DNA of 63,770 nucleotides, the filler included, from Chiloscyllium plagiosum (taxonomy: Eukaryota): NCBI RefSeq assembly GCF_004010195.1. It is 5 parts of one record of this genome, joined end to end, with 100 filler letters (N's around TTAATTAATTAA, not from the genome) between each part and the next. Parts side by side here need not be neighbours in the genome. Positions count along the whole stretch, not along the records: positions 9,399 to 25,598 come from NC_057716.1; positions 25,699 to 37,906 come from NC_057716.1; 3 more parts are not named here. The stretch is one strand, 5' to 3'. Shown piece by piece: positions 12,916-25,838 of the stretch. The position numbers and the translations under genes are program-made. Numbering within the stretch: the first letter of the stretch is position 1; the number at the start of each line of letters is the position of its first letter. The notes under the pieces were generated by a model, which was not told the DNA's origin, searched no databases, and saw nothing but the letters and a program-made list of their open reading frames with translations.

Positions 12916-14752
12916 AACTGGAGAGAATATTAGATAGAAATACCAGGGTACATGAAAAGCTAGGAGACGCGAACAGCACTACAAAATAAAATGGTAAATT
13001 AATAAGTGGAGCCAGAGTAAGAGACACAGTACTGAAGTTTAAATCAGGACTTTACTGCTTTTGTACATACAGTAGAGTTAGTAAGTTTATAGAGCTACAA
13101 GACAGTCTGCTTTGTGGGATTACGGTTACGTTGTGGCAGTTATGAAGACCTAAGGTAAGACAGGGCAAAGCTGGGTGTTAGATACCTCTGGTTACAAAGT
13201 GTTCAGGAGCAGGAGTTCAAAGTTAACATTTATGGGGATTTTTTGAACCAAGGAGAAGGTTAAAATTCTGACATGGAGTGTATTGTGAAGAATATTGCCA
13301 GGAGATGGAAATATTATCACTTTAATGCTTGACAGTTATTTGCTGCATGACATCAAATAGAAGTGAAAATTATACACCAAATATGGTCTTAATATTTCCC
13401 TTACATTCCAAGGATCCACACCATCTTGATGCTGTCCACTGAACATGTCTTTTCACAATGCAAGTGTGAAAGTTAGATTCTATGAAGCCAATACGAAGAT
13501 ATTTGGGCTTAGATATGTAGAACTGAGGGAAAATCTCATGACATCAATATTCAAGTACGAAGACTTTTAATCATCTTCAATGTGGCTTGTAATATTAACT
13601 CACATATTATTCTGTATTAAGTCAGAAACATGTTAAGTTTTACAGTTCTTCTGTGCACCAGTTAAAGGTATAATCTCTGTATCAGTCGGATCTGGCACGA
13701 CTGCAATGTTTTCAGATTGTCTAACACAATCAAATTACATGTGTGTTGCATTCATCTAGTGGTAAGGTACAATTTTATCACAGCAGGTTGTAGCAGCTGG
13801 ACGCTACTTGGAATCAATGATACTTCTCAATCTTTCAGAGCAAAAAGCTCCTGTTCAGGACAGTGATCACAAAAGGAGTGAATCATAAATGGTGTGGAAC
13901 TACAGGGAACTTAGTGAGAGCAGTACAAAGCTAAAATTTAACATGATTTTCTGAGCCAAAGAGAAGTTTGAAATGCTGACATAGAGTACCGATTGGAAAT
14001 GCCAAGGTTCCATGGAAACATTCTTTGAGCTGTTGATAAAATGCTGGAAAATCTTTGAACACCTTCATGTGTCAATGCCATGTCATTCCACCTCCAAGGA
14101 AGGATGCCTGACCAAAAAAGTTTTGTCTATTCTCTTCATGGGTGCCACCTAATGTACTGAGTGTTTCCCATTTCTGTTTCCCATTTCCAGCATCTGCACT
14201 ACTTTGCTTTTCTTCTAATAGCGTTACTTTGTCGAGAATGTATACGAATACCTGAATTAGGTATCTCAGAGATCGTTCCTAAATCTTTTAGATCTTTTTC
14301 AGATCATCAGTTCTGTACCCAAAAGTTTATCTGAGGATAAATATAGCAAGATCTCCCTATCCTTTATTTCCTCTCACATAATTTCAGCACAGGTTGCTGA
14401 GCATTTGAGGCAAAGCTTAGTTTGTGTTGTTGAAAATGTTATGTGGGCTCAGACATATTCACAGTCTTGAGGACATTAACTAGTAGCTGGTTTCAAGCAT
14501 TTGGGACTCTTGACAGTTGATTGTACTGAATCTTCTTAATTATATTTCATTCTTTACTTAATTGAAATCTTCATCATTTATTTTCCAATTAAATTGTTGA
14601 CTTCTTTCAAGACACAGAATTTCAGTATCATTTTTAGACTGTGATGATGATGGATCGCTTGTATGCAGTTTCTCCTTCTACTTTTCTTCCTCCTGTTCAA
14701 CACTAATTTTCCAAAAATGATACAGCTGTCTTCACAAACTGACCATTATTAT

Positions 14753-14987
14753 GATTCGGAGATGCCGGTGTTGGACTGGGGTGTACAAAGTTAAAAATCA
14801 CACAACACCAGATTATAGTCCAACAGGTTTAATTGGAAGCACACTAGCTTTCGGAGCGACGCTCCTTCATCAGGTGATTGTCTGATGATTGTCACAATCA
14901 CCTGATGAAGGAGCGTCATTCCGAAAGTTAGTGTGCTTCCAATTAAACCTGTTGGACTATAACCTGGTGTTGTGTGATTTTTAACTT
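14753..14987. mobile_element. Inverted (head-to-head) pair of PLE termini, each with a hammerhead motif, flanked by a 13-bp TSD
   Basis: 14787-14880 is the near-perfect reverse complement of 14895-14989; tgaccattattat at 14740-14752 and 14988-15000. Confidence 0.9.
14842..14876 (-). ncRNA. Minimal type I hammerhead ribozyme motif
   Basis: Minus strand cac-CUGAUGA-A-GGAGC-guc-GCUCC-GAAA-GC-UA-gug: core, 5-bp stem II, palindromic AGCU stem III, cac/gug stem I. Confidence 0.7.
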
Positions 14988-15231
14988 TGACCATTATTAT
15001 ACATCTTGTGAGAGAATGTCAGCAGAGTGTCCAATTACATAAGGAATCACAACTGACTTGATCCTGTTCTCACTGGGGAAATTACCTTGAGTCTATATGT
15101 CCACACTTCACAACAGGAAGTGTTGTATTAGAGGCAGGACTGGAAACCATGAGGTGTTTGGCTTGGCCTAATCAAGGGATGTTATATGAAGTGTAAATGT
15201 CTCATCAGTATCCCAAATAACAGTAAGTAAT

Positions 15232-15533
15232 ACATGATGCCTCAGTGGTTAGTGCTGCTGCCTCCCAGCACCAGGGACCCAGTTCAATTCCATCCTTGGG
15301 TGAAATCTGTGTGGAATTTGCACATACTCCCTATGTCTGTGTGGGTCTCTCTGAGTCCTCTAGTTTCCAAAGATGTGCAGGTTAGATGGATTGGCCATGC
15401 TAAATTGCCTGTAGCGACTAAGGATGTGCAGGCTTAGTGGATTAGTATGGGAAATGACTGGGTTGGATGATCTTTAGAGGGTTAGGATGACTTGACGGGC
15501 CAAATTGCTTGCTTCCACGCTGAAGGGATTCTA
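15232..15533 (+). mobile_element. Degenerate HE1-like SINE
   Basis: ctcagtggttagtgctgctgcctccc..gttcaattcc..tgtgtggaatttgcac..aaagatgtgcaggttagatggattggccatgctaaattg. Confidence 0.8.
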
Positions 15534-15759
15534 ATGCAGCACTATTGAGAAATCAAATGTGAAACCACTTATCTTTTACATCATAGCTACTGGATCTTAT
15601 ATAAGTTGAATTAATTGGACAAGACTAACATTATCAAATTGTCATTTTAGAATCATAGGTGAGCATCATGAAAGGGGCCAACAAAGAGAGTTTGTTTTAC
15701 TGTTTCTCCAACAGTATGAAAAAACCCAAGAAATTGCATTATCTTGAGAAACTGTATCA

Positions 15760-16690
15760 AAATCAGGAAATACTAGAAATACTCAGGAGATCAGATAGTA
15801 TTTGGGAGAGAAACAGTGCTGATGTTTTGAATGAACTTTTTATCTGAACTGGGAAAATGTGAAAAGTGTAATAAGTTTTAAGGAGGTGAATCAGGAGTGG
15901 TGGAGTGGGTGGAGTTTGGGGAAAGAAAGAAAAGACAAAAGGAGTGGTCAGTGATAGGGCAAATGATAGGAGATATTAGATAAAATAATGTTGGTGGGCA
16001 GAGCTAGATAGAATAATAACGAGATAAATGAAGAAAAGCTTGTTTCAGAAAAGGTATAAGTGGGAGAATAATGAACAGTTGCTGTCAGAAAGTCAAAATG
16101 AGAAACCCAAGCTGATTATGACTGAAATGTGCAAAAGATGACAATTTGGAGGGTTCAGATTCTGGTCTGAAATTGTTGAATTCATTGTTAAGTCCAAAAG
16201 GCAGCAAAGGTTCCAGTCAAAAGATTGTCGTTCCTTCAGCTTGTTCTGAATTTCATTGGAACACCGCAGTTCATTGAGGACAGAGATGTCAGATAAAGGT
16301 GAAGAATTAAATGCCAAGCTCCCAAAAGATTGCCACATGGTCATCAAGTTCTGTGGACTGAGCAGAGATGTTCTGCAAAGTGGTCACCAATTGTGTGACT
16401 GATCTCCTCAATGTCGAGGAGACTGCATTTTGAGCAGTGTGTATGATATGCAGCTGTAAATGCAAAGAGTGTTTGGGGCCTTGGATAGTGAAGAAAGAGG
16501 AGGGAAAAGGGTAAGTATCACATCCCTTCCATGTGCATGGCAATATGCCATAGAAAGTGGACAAGGTGTTGGAGGTGATAGTGGAATAACTAGTATGTCA
16601 TGAAGTGAAGTCCCTGTGGAATGTTGAAATAGGAGGGGAGGAGAAGATGTATTTGGTAGTGACATTAAGCTGGAGGTGACAGAAATAGAG
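15760..16690 (-). mobile_element. Old Penelope-like element: GIY-YIG endonuclease remnant plus 3' tail
   Basis: ORF pieces KGCDTYPFPSSFFTIQGPKHS, CSKCSLLDIEE (cf. CxxCGLLYIGET) and FNSSPLSDISVL..CSNEIQNKLKE; purine-rich segment and decayed tail toward 15760. Confidence 0.75.
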
Positions 16691-18399
16691 GAGTTATTTT
16701 ATAAACTGTCGTTTGTAATTCCATTCCAAACTTCATGTATCGGAGAGGAATTTTATTTTTTCTGTGTCAGGTAAATTTTGCCATAGACTTGGAATGTATC
16801 CTTGGCTTTTCTACAAGGAATTGAGCAGTCTGGTTGTAAATATGTCCTGTACCTGGAAACATAACAGTTCACATCAGAGATACAGAAACGTTTCTCAGAT
16901 TTATGCTCAGTAAATAACAATGCAGTGGAATTATGGTTTAGATGAGACATTTGAATGGAAGTAAACAGAGAGAAGCAAAAACAAACCCAAAAATTTCATT
17001 CACACAACAGATTATTCCATCTCTGAATAATATCTCAAAGCAGTGAGCACAAATTGTTTATTAGGTGCAAACACTGTTTAATTTTCAGACAAATGCGCCT
17101 ATTAATTTGCCTACATTCAAGTCTTGCAAAAGTGAATAAGATGAATGATCAGATATTCTGCTTTGGAGATGCTGGAAGGTTCCATCTTAGTTGAGACTGA
17201 AATTTAACAAACAACCTCCTAAATTAAGCTAAATCAAAATTTTAAAAGCCAAGAATATTTCAAATATATAATAGGAAAAAATAAAGTCAGAAACTCACCT
17301 GACAAGGCAAAACTCCCTTCCTGTTCAATCCTAACCTCTTCTTCTGAGCAGTTGACAGGACACCCACAGCTAGCCAGTAAAGCTTCTCATTAAAGTAGAT
17401 GTCTGCACAGGGAATCATTGTCATTTTGTTGCCAGATCAATACAATGGGATTTGTGGTGGACCAAAAGATGCCCAAAATGATCCAGTGACTTGGCTAACA
17501 AGATCAGGAGGAACAGGAATGCTCCACTAGCAAAGTCTCTCTTGCCCCAGGTTTCTTCCAGGAAAGATCCAGCCATGGAAACAGACACAAGTTTCTGGAA
17601 GATTTTGGGGTTCATTTTATCTTTAATTGTAAGACCTACATCTTACACTGAGTTTTGAGAGAGACAATCTAAAAATATACTTGTCCTAATTAGCTCTTTC
17701 TGACACAAGCATGTTTTTACAGGTCTTACAGAATTTATTAAGTGAATCATTACAAGTACAAAAGAAATAATACTGAATTAAAGCAATGGTTTTTCAATTG
17801 ATCAATTGCGGAGAACAGTTCATGATATTGGTTGACTGGGCACCAGTATTTTCTGATCTGATCACTTAAGTTCAGTGTCTGGATTCGGTCTTCCTCCTTG
17901 AATCATTAAGAATGATTAGTTACTAACCTTTGCTAGCCACAACTACTTGTGCATTGTCAGAAACATCCTCAATTAAAATTGGCTTATTCATTCCTGAACA
18001 GTTCATGGTCAATCTTGGAATAGCTAAACCAAATATGACAATTCCTGGTTGGTTTCTTTAAACGCCATGGTCATCTTTCTGATATCACTTCCTCCTGTCT
18101 CATTCTTTGATATGTCAATCACCATGTTATGGTCCTTTTAGGTCATACGTAGATCTTTACAAAGATAATGTGGCACCAATATGGCCATTCATCCATCTGT
18201 TTAGAATATGTAGTATCATTCTCTAGTGATTAATTATCTTCTCAAATGTCACAATTGATACATCTAAGAAGATCAAAACAACTACAAGACGACAAAACTC
18301 ACAACAAAACCTAATTCCAAAGTAATATACATACATTCATAGATGTGCTCATATTTAAGGTAAAGGCCATGTTTTTTATTTTTGTGCTTTCCAAAAAAT

Positions 18400-19230
18400 C
18401 TGTGAACTGAAATGAAAAGTATTGCTTTAAATTAGAGATTTACAAGGTTATCTGCATGTTTTGAAAGTAAGCAACTTGATACCTGTTGTGCAGTTGTGAG
18501 TTATAACAATGTGCAGATGGACCGAAGCCAAGGCATTACTTACAAGTGAAGCTTGGTTTGTCGTCGAAGGACCAAATATCATTGACAAAGATCCTCTGCC
18601 TGCCAACAACAAGGTAATCAGTTACCAGTTCACTGAGCATATCGGCAAATCAGACCAGTAGAGAAATCAGCAGATCCGCAGCAGCCAAAAATGCTACAGT
18701 CCGCCACTTTAAACTAGACAATCTTTCCTTAAGTAGATGTTGTAAGTTGAGATTTTGAACTGGATAAGCCAGAGGCCTTATCTAAGTGAATAGCTACCCT
18801 GTATCTCTTACAAACCAGTGAAAGCATTCAGGAGAAGAACGGGAAAGGAGAAACCGACCCAACAGATTGGGTGAATATAGACTATGGGACTGTTTTCACA
18901 GTATTCCGTCTGGCCATTTTTTTTTCTCTAAATTTATATTTCTCTGTATGTCTCTATGGAGGGGAGTTTCTAACAGGTTTAGAGATTTAATTTGTTGAAT
19001 TTACTTAGTTTAGTTCATTGTTTACCTGTGATTAGAATCTAATGGCCTATAATATACAGGTTTTAAGTTCAGAAACCTAGGCCATAATTTCCATAAATTT
19101 TGTTTAAAAATCTGGTAGTTTGGGGATTTTGTACATTTCTTTCAAATGCTTTAACTTTAACTTTAATGATAACTCTGGGAGTACTGAGTTCACTTTCCAG
19201 TGTGCTACTTCAGTGACTTGTGACTGTACA
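18400..19230 (+). mobile_element. Possible solo LTR-like repeat
   Basis: Begins TGT, ends ACA, no ORF; general resemblance only. Confidence 0.25.
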
Positions 19231-22164
19231 TCATGTGTATACAAACTACTTGCCTGATCTATACTTTAAGTTGCAGAGCTAAAGCAAATCAAAATATAGC
19301 TATGGATTTCAGTAAAAGCCTTTTAATTCAAAACATTTGCAGATGTGTAAGCCTAAGTTTACAGTAGCTTACACCAGAAAAAACAGCTGTAAAATCGTGC
19401 CTCCCTTGATTATCCAATATTTTGCCTGAATAATTTGAACAGTGAGGACATTGCAATTGGTGAAGTCCTCATTGTTCAAAGTGTGCACCCTCCACAACCT
19501 TTGCAGTGCCAGGTTTTGTCCGGAACATCAGACCACCATGATACACAAATTCCTCACCGGGACATGTTACAGGTCTTCACTAGAACAATTGGGCTGCTGC
19601 CTGGGATATTTCAAACATGTCCCTAGTCAACCCCTGGAAAGATCTCTTTTACATTCTTGGCATGAGCTATCCACAAAACTCCATGGATCACAGCTCATCC
19701 TTTGTAAGTCATTAATGGTCTCTCTGGAGAGCTACAACATTCTGCTTCTTGGACATTTGGAGGGAGTTTAGGTGAGACAGTAGACTTTCTTTTCAGGATA
19801 GTCTCTTCTGTGTGTAGGTACCTGTTGACCTGCTCCCATGTACCGTATTCTGATGTGCCCACACGAAGGCTGTCTTAGTTGCTGGTTGCGAAGATGTGCC
19901 CTTACTGGTAACTAGACTTCCCTCACTCTGAGCTGCAACACCTGTTTAATGCAGGGGCTTATTCTGATTCCTCAGAATACCGAATCCAGCAGATGGCTCA
20001 CCACTGACCCCCCTTCACCACAATCTCACACACACACACACCCCTCCCTAATCCACAAGCTAGCCTTGAAGCAAGTGAATGCTGACTCTCTGATGGCTTC
20101 CCAACAGGGCCAAATCTTATCTGCCTTTTCCCTGCAGTCTTGATTCACCAGGCTAGACTCTGAAACTCCATGGTATGTCATTGATTAAATTACAAATCAT
20201 CATAAAATAGGACTTAATTAACCTTTCAAAATGTTAATTGGTCTCTTACAGCTTTCATGCCTAAAATCTGCTCTTGCTGGTTCCAGCCGCTGGTAAAATT
20301 GGTAAAGGTGTAGAATTTTGATGAAACACCATCTATTTGAATTTTGCATCATCCTTTGCTCAGTGAGAATCAGGCCATAGAAGCTGCAGGGAAATCTGTT
20401 TTTATGCCTGACATGTATTACCTAATTTTTCTATCAGAAATATGACAACATGGAGATCTTTATTTAACGATAGATGAGGCAGTTTGTAACTCTGCACTGT
20501 AAAAATGAATCAATTTTTATCATCATTTCAGGAGCAGGTTTGTGCTTGCAACAGTTCAGGCACTGGGGAGTGACCTGAGCTGACTGATTTATCAGGTGCA
20601 CATCAGATACAGAGCACTTTGGAAGAATCAAAGCTCATGCTTTGCCAGAAATTAGTAAATCATTACTTACTAGTGCTAGAAGGTCTTGATGATCTCTCTG
20701 ATGATGCAAGCCTAACATCTTGATGTCTATTGTCAATGCAAAATAGAAGGATTAGATCATGTTCCTACATGATTTAATTGTATTATTATTTCTCTCTCTT
20801 TTCAACTATGTGGAGATCCCCAATGCAGCTCTCATGGTCTCTCGGAGAATGTAGTGCACCGAGACTCAGGCATACTGCAGTTTATGTTCCTGCCTGCTCA
20901 TAGTACAACAGGTGTGACACCACTAACTGGGTGTGGACCCTGGCCAAAATGCAATTTTCTTATAGTCACTGATTTTATATCAAAATTAAGAGGCAATCAC
21001 TTCACATCAACACAAATGCTGTGGCATTACTACATTCCAAAACAGCAATCCATCAAATTTTATCTGTCTCCCTTTGAAAAATAATTTGGTCTCCAGTTGG
21101 GACCCAGAACTTTAACAATGTATCACAGATCAACAAGTCATCACACGGAGAGTTGTGGGTGTTAACATATCTTCTATCCTCCTATGGTATAGCATACTGC
21201 AGGTCCAGTATACGTCACCATCAAATAATGTGATTCAGATCATTTTTAACTTACTGCCAATTTTTTTATCTGGTATTTAATATTAAAAAGAAACAACAAA
21301 GAACATTGACTAGCAATTACATGGCAGCTACTTGTCTCTGTACATTTTACAGAGAGCATGTAATGTTAACCAGAATTTTCATTGTAAATTGCCTCATGGT
21401 TTCCTCTGAGAATATCCATTTCCTCCTAAACTTCTTCTGAATATCCAGCTGCTCTTAATAATAGGTTCTGTTAGTACTGTGAACCACTATATCCTACATG
21501 TACATTACTGTTGTACTGTAAGCTTGCAAAACTGGTGTCCTGGCAAATTTAGTGATGCATGGTAATATGACATGATCAGGAGAGACAGACACAATACGGT
21601 GGTGGAACTAAGTGCACATGTAAAGGTTCTCTGGGAATAGGGGGCTATATTCAGCAGATGTCTTTCACCATATGTCTCAAGTGAACTGGCATGTGTTCAC
21701 CTTTCAATACAAAACATACACCATCCCTGTCTATTCATTACTTTTACCACACACAAATTTGATTGCTACATTCTAACTGTACAGTTCTATTGTACTGATT
21801 ATATGCAGCCATATGACACAAATTAATCATCAATTTCTTGAAGAATTAATCTAGATGTGCAACAGAACTTTAAAAACCAAATCGAAAGCAGGGATGTACG
21901 ACTGGAGAAAGAAATAGGAAAACAACAAAAATCCCACAATTTTCCACCACTCTGCACATGTTGGAAAACAGATCAAAGCATTTGACATGAATAAAGGAAA
22001 ATAAATCATAAGGCGCTTCTGTTGTTGAAGTATATCTCTTTCCACCAATCCCCATATTTGATCCATTATGAGAGATGTTGAAAAGTCTAATGACGTAACA
22101 GTGTAATGAACCACAGTAAAATAGATTCCTTACGTTCTGTTTTGTGATTCAAAGGATTTTTTTT

Positions 22165-22476
22165 TAGATTACATTACAGTGTGGAAACAGGCCCTTCGGC
22201 CCAACAAGTCCACACCGACCCGCCGAAGCGTAACCCACCCAGACCCATTCCCCTACATTTACCCCTTCACCTAACACTACGGGCAATTTAGCATGGCCAA
22301 TTCACCTAACTTGCACATTTTTGGACTGTGGGAGGAAACCGGAGCACCCGGAGGAAACCCACGCAGACACGGGGAGAATGTGCAAACTCCACACAGAGAG
22401 TCGCCTGAGGCAGGAATTGAACCCAGGTCTCTGGCGCTGTGAGGCAGCAGTGCTAACCACTGTGCCACCGTGCCGC
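22165..22476 (-). mobile_element. HE1-type V-SINE, full length, young
   Basis: Reverse complement nearly identical to 51048-51358; possible TSD attcaaagga/attccaagga (22147/22482). Confidence 0.93.
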
Positions 22477-24351
22477 ACCCAATTCCAAGGAAGCCCATTC
22501 AAAAGGACGGATAAACTTTAGCAACCAAAAGATGATTAAGATGATTAATTCAAATATGAACAAATTAATCTTAACTCAAATGAATAACAGATTTAATAGC
22601 AAGACCAAACACACGTCCTTAGGTCTTAAAAAATCAGACACACACACACAAACAGAAGGTGAAAGAGACACTGTATTTTTTACAAATACAAACAAAAATC
22701 TGATGCAAAATATTAACCTCTGCAATGGGAAAGAAGCCAGCCCAGATGGCATTACCTTGACAGAAACTATTGCACAGCATTGATTGGACAAACAACAAGG
22801 CTTAAGGAGAGAGTGTGGGAGAGTGAGAGAGGTGAAGAGAGAATAGAAAAGGATAGAAAAAGAGCAGAAACAAACTAATTATGACAATGTTAATCATTTC
22901 TTCCTAAGCCTTTTAACAAGAAAAAAACAACTCAAATCACTTTAACTTAAAGAAGAAAAGAAATAATTCATAATAGATAAATCTGGAGACAAGTAACGGG
23001 CAAAATAGCAGTTGAAAGGAATTAACATTTGAAGAAGACTTTGGAAACTGAGGAGATTGCTACAGAGGATATGCCAAAAGGGTGAATTAGCAATTTGTGG
23101 TGAAACACAGAAAGCAATAAACATGGAAAAGCTTAGGAAGTGCAGAAAATGTACAAGAAATTAGAAACCTGTTGGCTAGGAAGGTCAGTTTGAATCAAAT
23201 CATAGTTAGATTTGAAAACATGAACAAAAAATTTGAAATCAAGTCACTGGTGTTCAAGGTATCAGTACAGTTCAGACAGGATAGAAGTTTGAGACTATGC
23301 AATGTTGGATTAAGACTGCAAAATCAAGAAGAGTTTGAACTTCAGGAAGACTAAGGAAAGGAAACTGACTATGAAAAAAATCAATAAAACTGATCCTTGA
23401 GGCAAAGTAAACATGTTCTGAAGTTTGAAACTGGTTACTATGAGACAATGGTGATGGTGAATAATGATGCTATTGTAGACAAAAGTAGTCTTGTTTACAA
23501 ATATGACAGAAAAGCGAATATTGAGGCATTACACCTCTGAGAGCCTGAGAGGGAATCTAGGCGGTCGATGAAGTCAAAGCCAAAAACAGATCAATGCAAC
23601 CAAGAATCAAAAATATTTATGGCAGTTAACCATTTGGACAATTCCCCATAAATACCAGGCACTCAACTTTCACTAATTTTAATCCGATAAAACTGTCAAA
23701 CCACTGTGACTTTGCCCTTGGAATTTAAGAAAAACACACATGGGGAATCTTAACACCTGCAGAAGAGGCAGGTTTAAATTATTACAATTTGGAAAACTGA
23801 TGACAACATAAAAAAAATAAGAACAAGGAGCAGGAATAGGCAATTCAACCCCTTAATGCTGCTCCACCATTTAATACGCTCATGGCTGATTTCACTTTAG
23901 CCCCAACTTGACATTCCTGCCCACTCTTCATTACTCTTTGACCCATTATTAATTTAAAAATCTGTTCAAAGGAACCTATTTTCAGCTTAACTTCTGCCAA
24001 TTTGGAATGAACCAGGTAAAGAACTGTGGAGAGTGACTTGATAATTATATAACATATAAGCAAGGCTTTGTGCCTCAGATTTTGTCAGCAATTTTTCACC
24101 CAAACACAGACTGGGTGACTGCTTTGTAGAACTCTTCTATCCTGTCCATAGAAGTGACTCTGACCTACCAGATGTTTACCGTTGCAATAAAGCATCTTGC
24201 TCCTATGCCCATACTGACAGTTCTGACCTGGGCTTGCTGCAATTTTCCAATGGAGCACAATACAAGCTCGAGGAACCTCATTTTCGGCTCTCTTGCTTCT
24301 CCTTGGATTTGTCAAAAGTACAAAAATAACCTATTTTCGAACACTTTTCAG

Positions 24352-24440
24352 TTCTGAAGAAGTTATACAAGACTCAAAACATTGACTGTTTTTCTCTCTC
24401 CACAAATGCTGCCAGACTCCAGCATTTTCTGCTTTGTTTG
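24352..24440 (+). mobile_element. Old PLE-type tail with decayed hammerhead
   Basis: ttctgaagaagttatacaagactcaaaacattgactgtttttctctctccacaaatgctgccagac. Confidence 0.55.
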
Positions 24441-24489
24441 TTGTTGTGGGCCAGGAGGAATAGTCAGATTCCTGTAATATTTGATCCAA

Positions 24490-25030
24490 GATGAGCTTTC
24501 AGCACATATCTGTGCTATCAAAAAGGCTGATAATTTCCATCTCTGTGACATCATGCTGCCTCAGATCTTCTGCAGCTGAAATACATATCCATACCTTTGT
24601 TACTCCTAGACATCATTATTCAACTGCACACTTCTTACCTTTACCCTCTGTAAACATGGTCATCCAAAATACTTCCACCACATCTTAATTCCCATCAAAT
24701 ACCTTCCATTTGTCATTCCTTTTCTCAATGACCTAGATGTGGTTCTTGTTAAACAATCAATTAGCATTTAAATTCTCATTGTCATTTTCAAATCCCTCCA
24801 TGACCTGTCCATCTTCTGTCTCTGTAAGCTCCTCCAACCCGACCACCTTCCAAGATTTCAGCGCTCCTTAACAGTTAGTTTCTTGAGCATCTCCAATTTT
24901 AATCATTCCATCACTGGTGACAGTCTCTTCACTTGCCTTGGCCCTAAATCCTGGAATCCTCCTTTCAACCCTTTCATGTTATTGCCTCTCTTTCCTCTTT
25001 TAGAGCGCTCTTTATCTTAACTTCCTCTCA
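24490..25030 (+). mobile_element. L2-type LINE 3' fragment
   Basis: SSAAEIHIHTFVTPRHHYS (cf. L2 AETLIHAFVTSRLDY) in ORF 24491..24688. Confidence 0.65.
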
Positions 25031-25422
25031 GATTTTGTGCCATGTAGCATCTCAGAGGATCTCAGACAAGCCCTAGCTTCTCCAATTAATTCACATTTCT
25101 GAAGTCCCACATCCTTGCAAGCAGTTTTGTGAATCTTTTCTACGCACACTCTCATGCTTTACAATGTTGAGAAATGGACACAATCCTCCAGTTAAGGATG
25201 AATCAAGGTCTTATACATGTTCATCATTACCATCTTCACTTCTGCACTCTATGCCATTATTTGTAAAGCCCACAAGTGTTGTTAATTGTTTTCTCAATGT
25301 GCCACACCACTTGCAATAAGTTTGTGCAAAATGCAGCCATGTCTGTCTTCTCTTGCACCCATTTTGGAGTTATTTTCTTTATTTTGTTGCTCATCATTGT
25401 TCCTTCTAAAATGATATTTTCC

Positions 25423-25598
25423 TTTTTTTTTCTTTTATAGATATTTTTATTAGAAATTTAACATTTTTACAAGTTTACAAAAATAAACAAAACTCTCAGA
25501 TATAAACATTGATATACAATTAGCTCAAATATACAATAACCAAAATTTGACAAAAAAAAGAAAAAAAAACAAAACAAAAAAAACAAAAGAAAAAAAAA
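25423..25598 (-). mobile_element. Poly(A)-tailed retroposon 3' end (L1-like), running into gap
   Basis: Poly-T at 25423-25436, tttatt (AATAAA on minus strand) near 25446, T-rich 3' UTR on minus strand. Confidence 0.55.
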
Positions 25599-25698
25599 NN
25601 NNNNNNNNNNNNNNNNNNNNNNNNNNNNNNNNNNNNNNNNNNTTAATTAATTAANNNNNNNNNNNNNNNNNNNNNNNNNNNNNNNNNNNNNNNNNNNN
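25599..25698. other. Artificial scaffold linker
   Basis: 44 N + TTAATTAATTAA + 44 N. Confidence 0.97.
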
Positions 25699-25838
25699 AC
25701 CCTCCTCTAGCTTATCTCTCCACGCTCCAGGCTCACTGCCTTTATTCCTGATGAAGGGCTTTTGCCCGAAACATCGATTTTGAAGTTCCTTGGATGCTGC
25801 CTGAACTGCTGTGCTCTTCCAGCACCACTAATCCAGAA
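25699..25838 (+). mobile_element. PLE 3' tail with hammerhead motif at 25744-25779
   Basis: attc-CTGATGA-A-GGGC-tttt-GCCC-GAAA-CA-TC-gatt; near-identical to the reverse complement of 63311-63449. Confidence 0.85.

Noticed and set aside
19470..19640. Second Harbinger transposase remnant (VCTLHN, TIGLL)
   Set aside because: Motifs are short and in the wrong order
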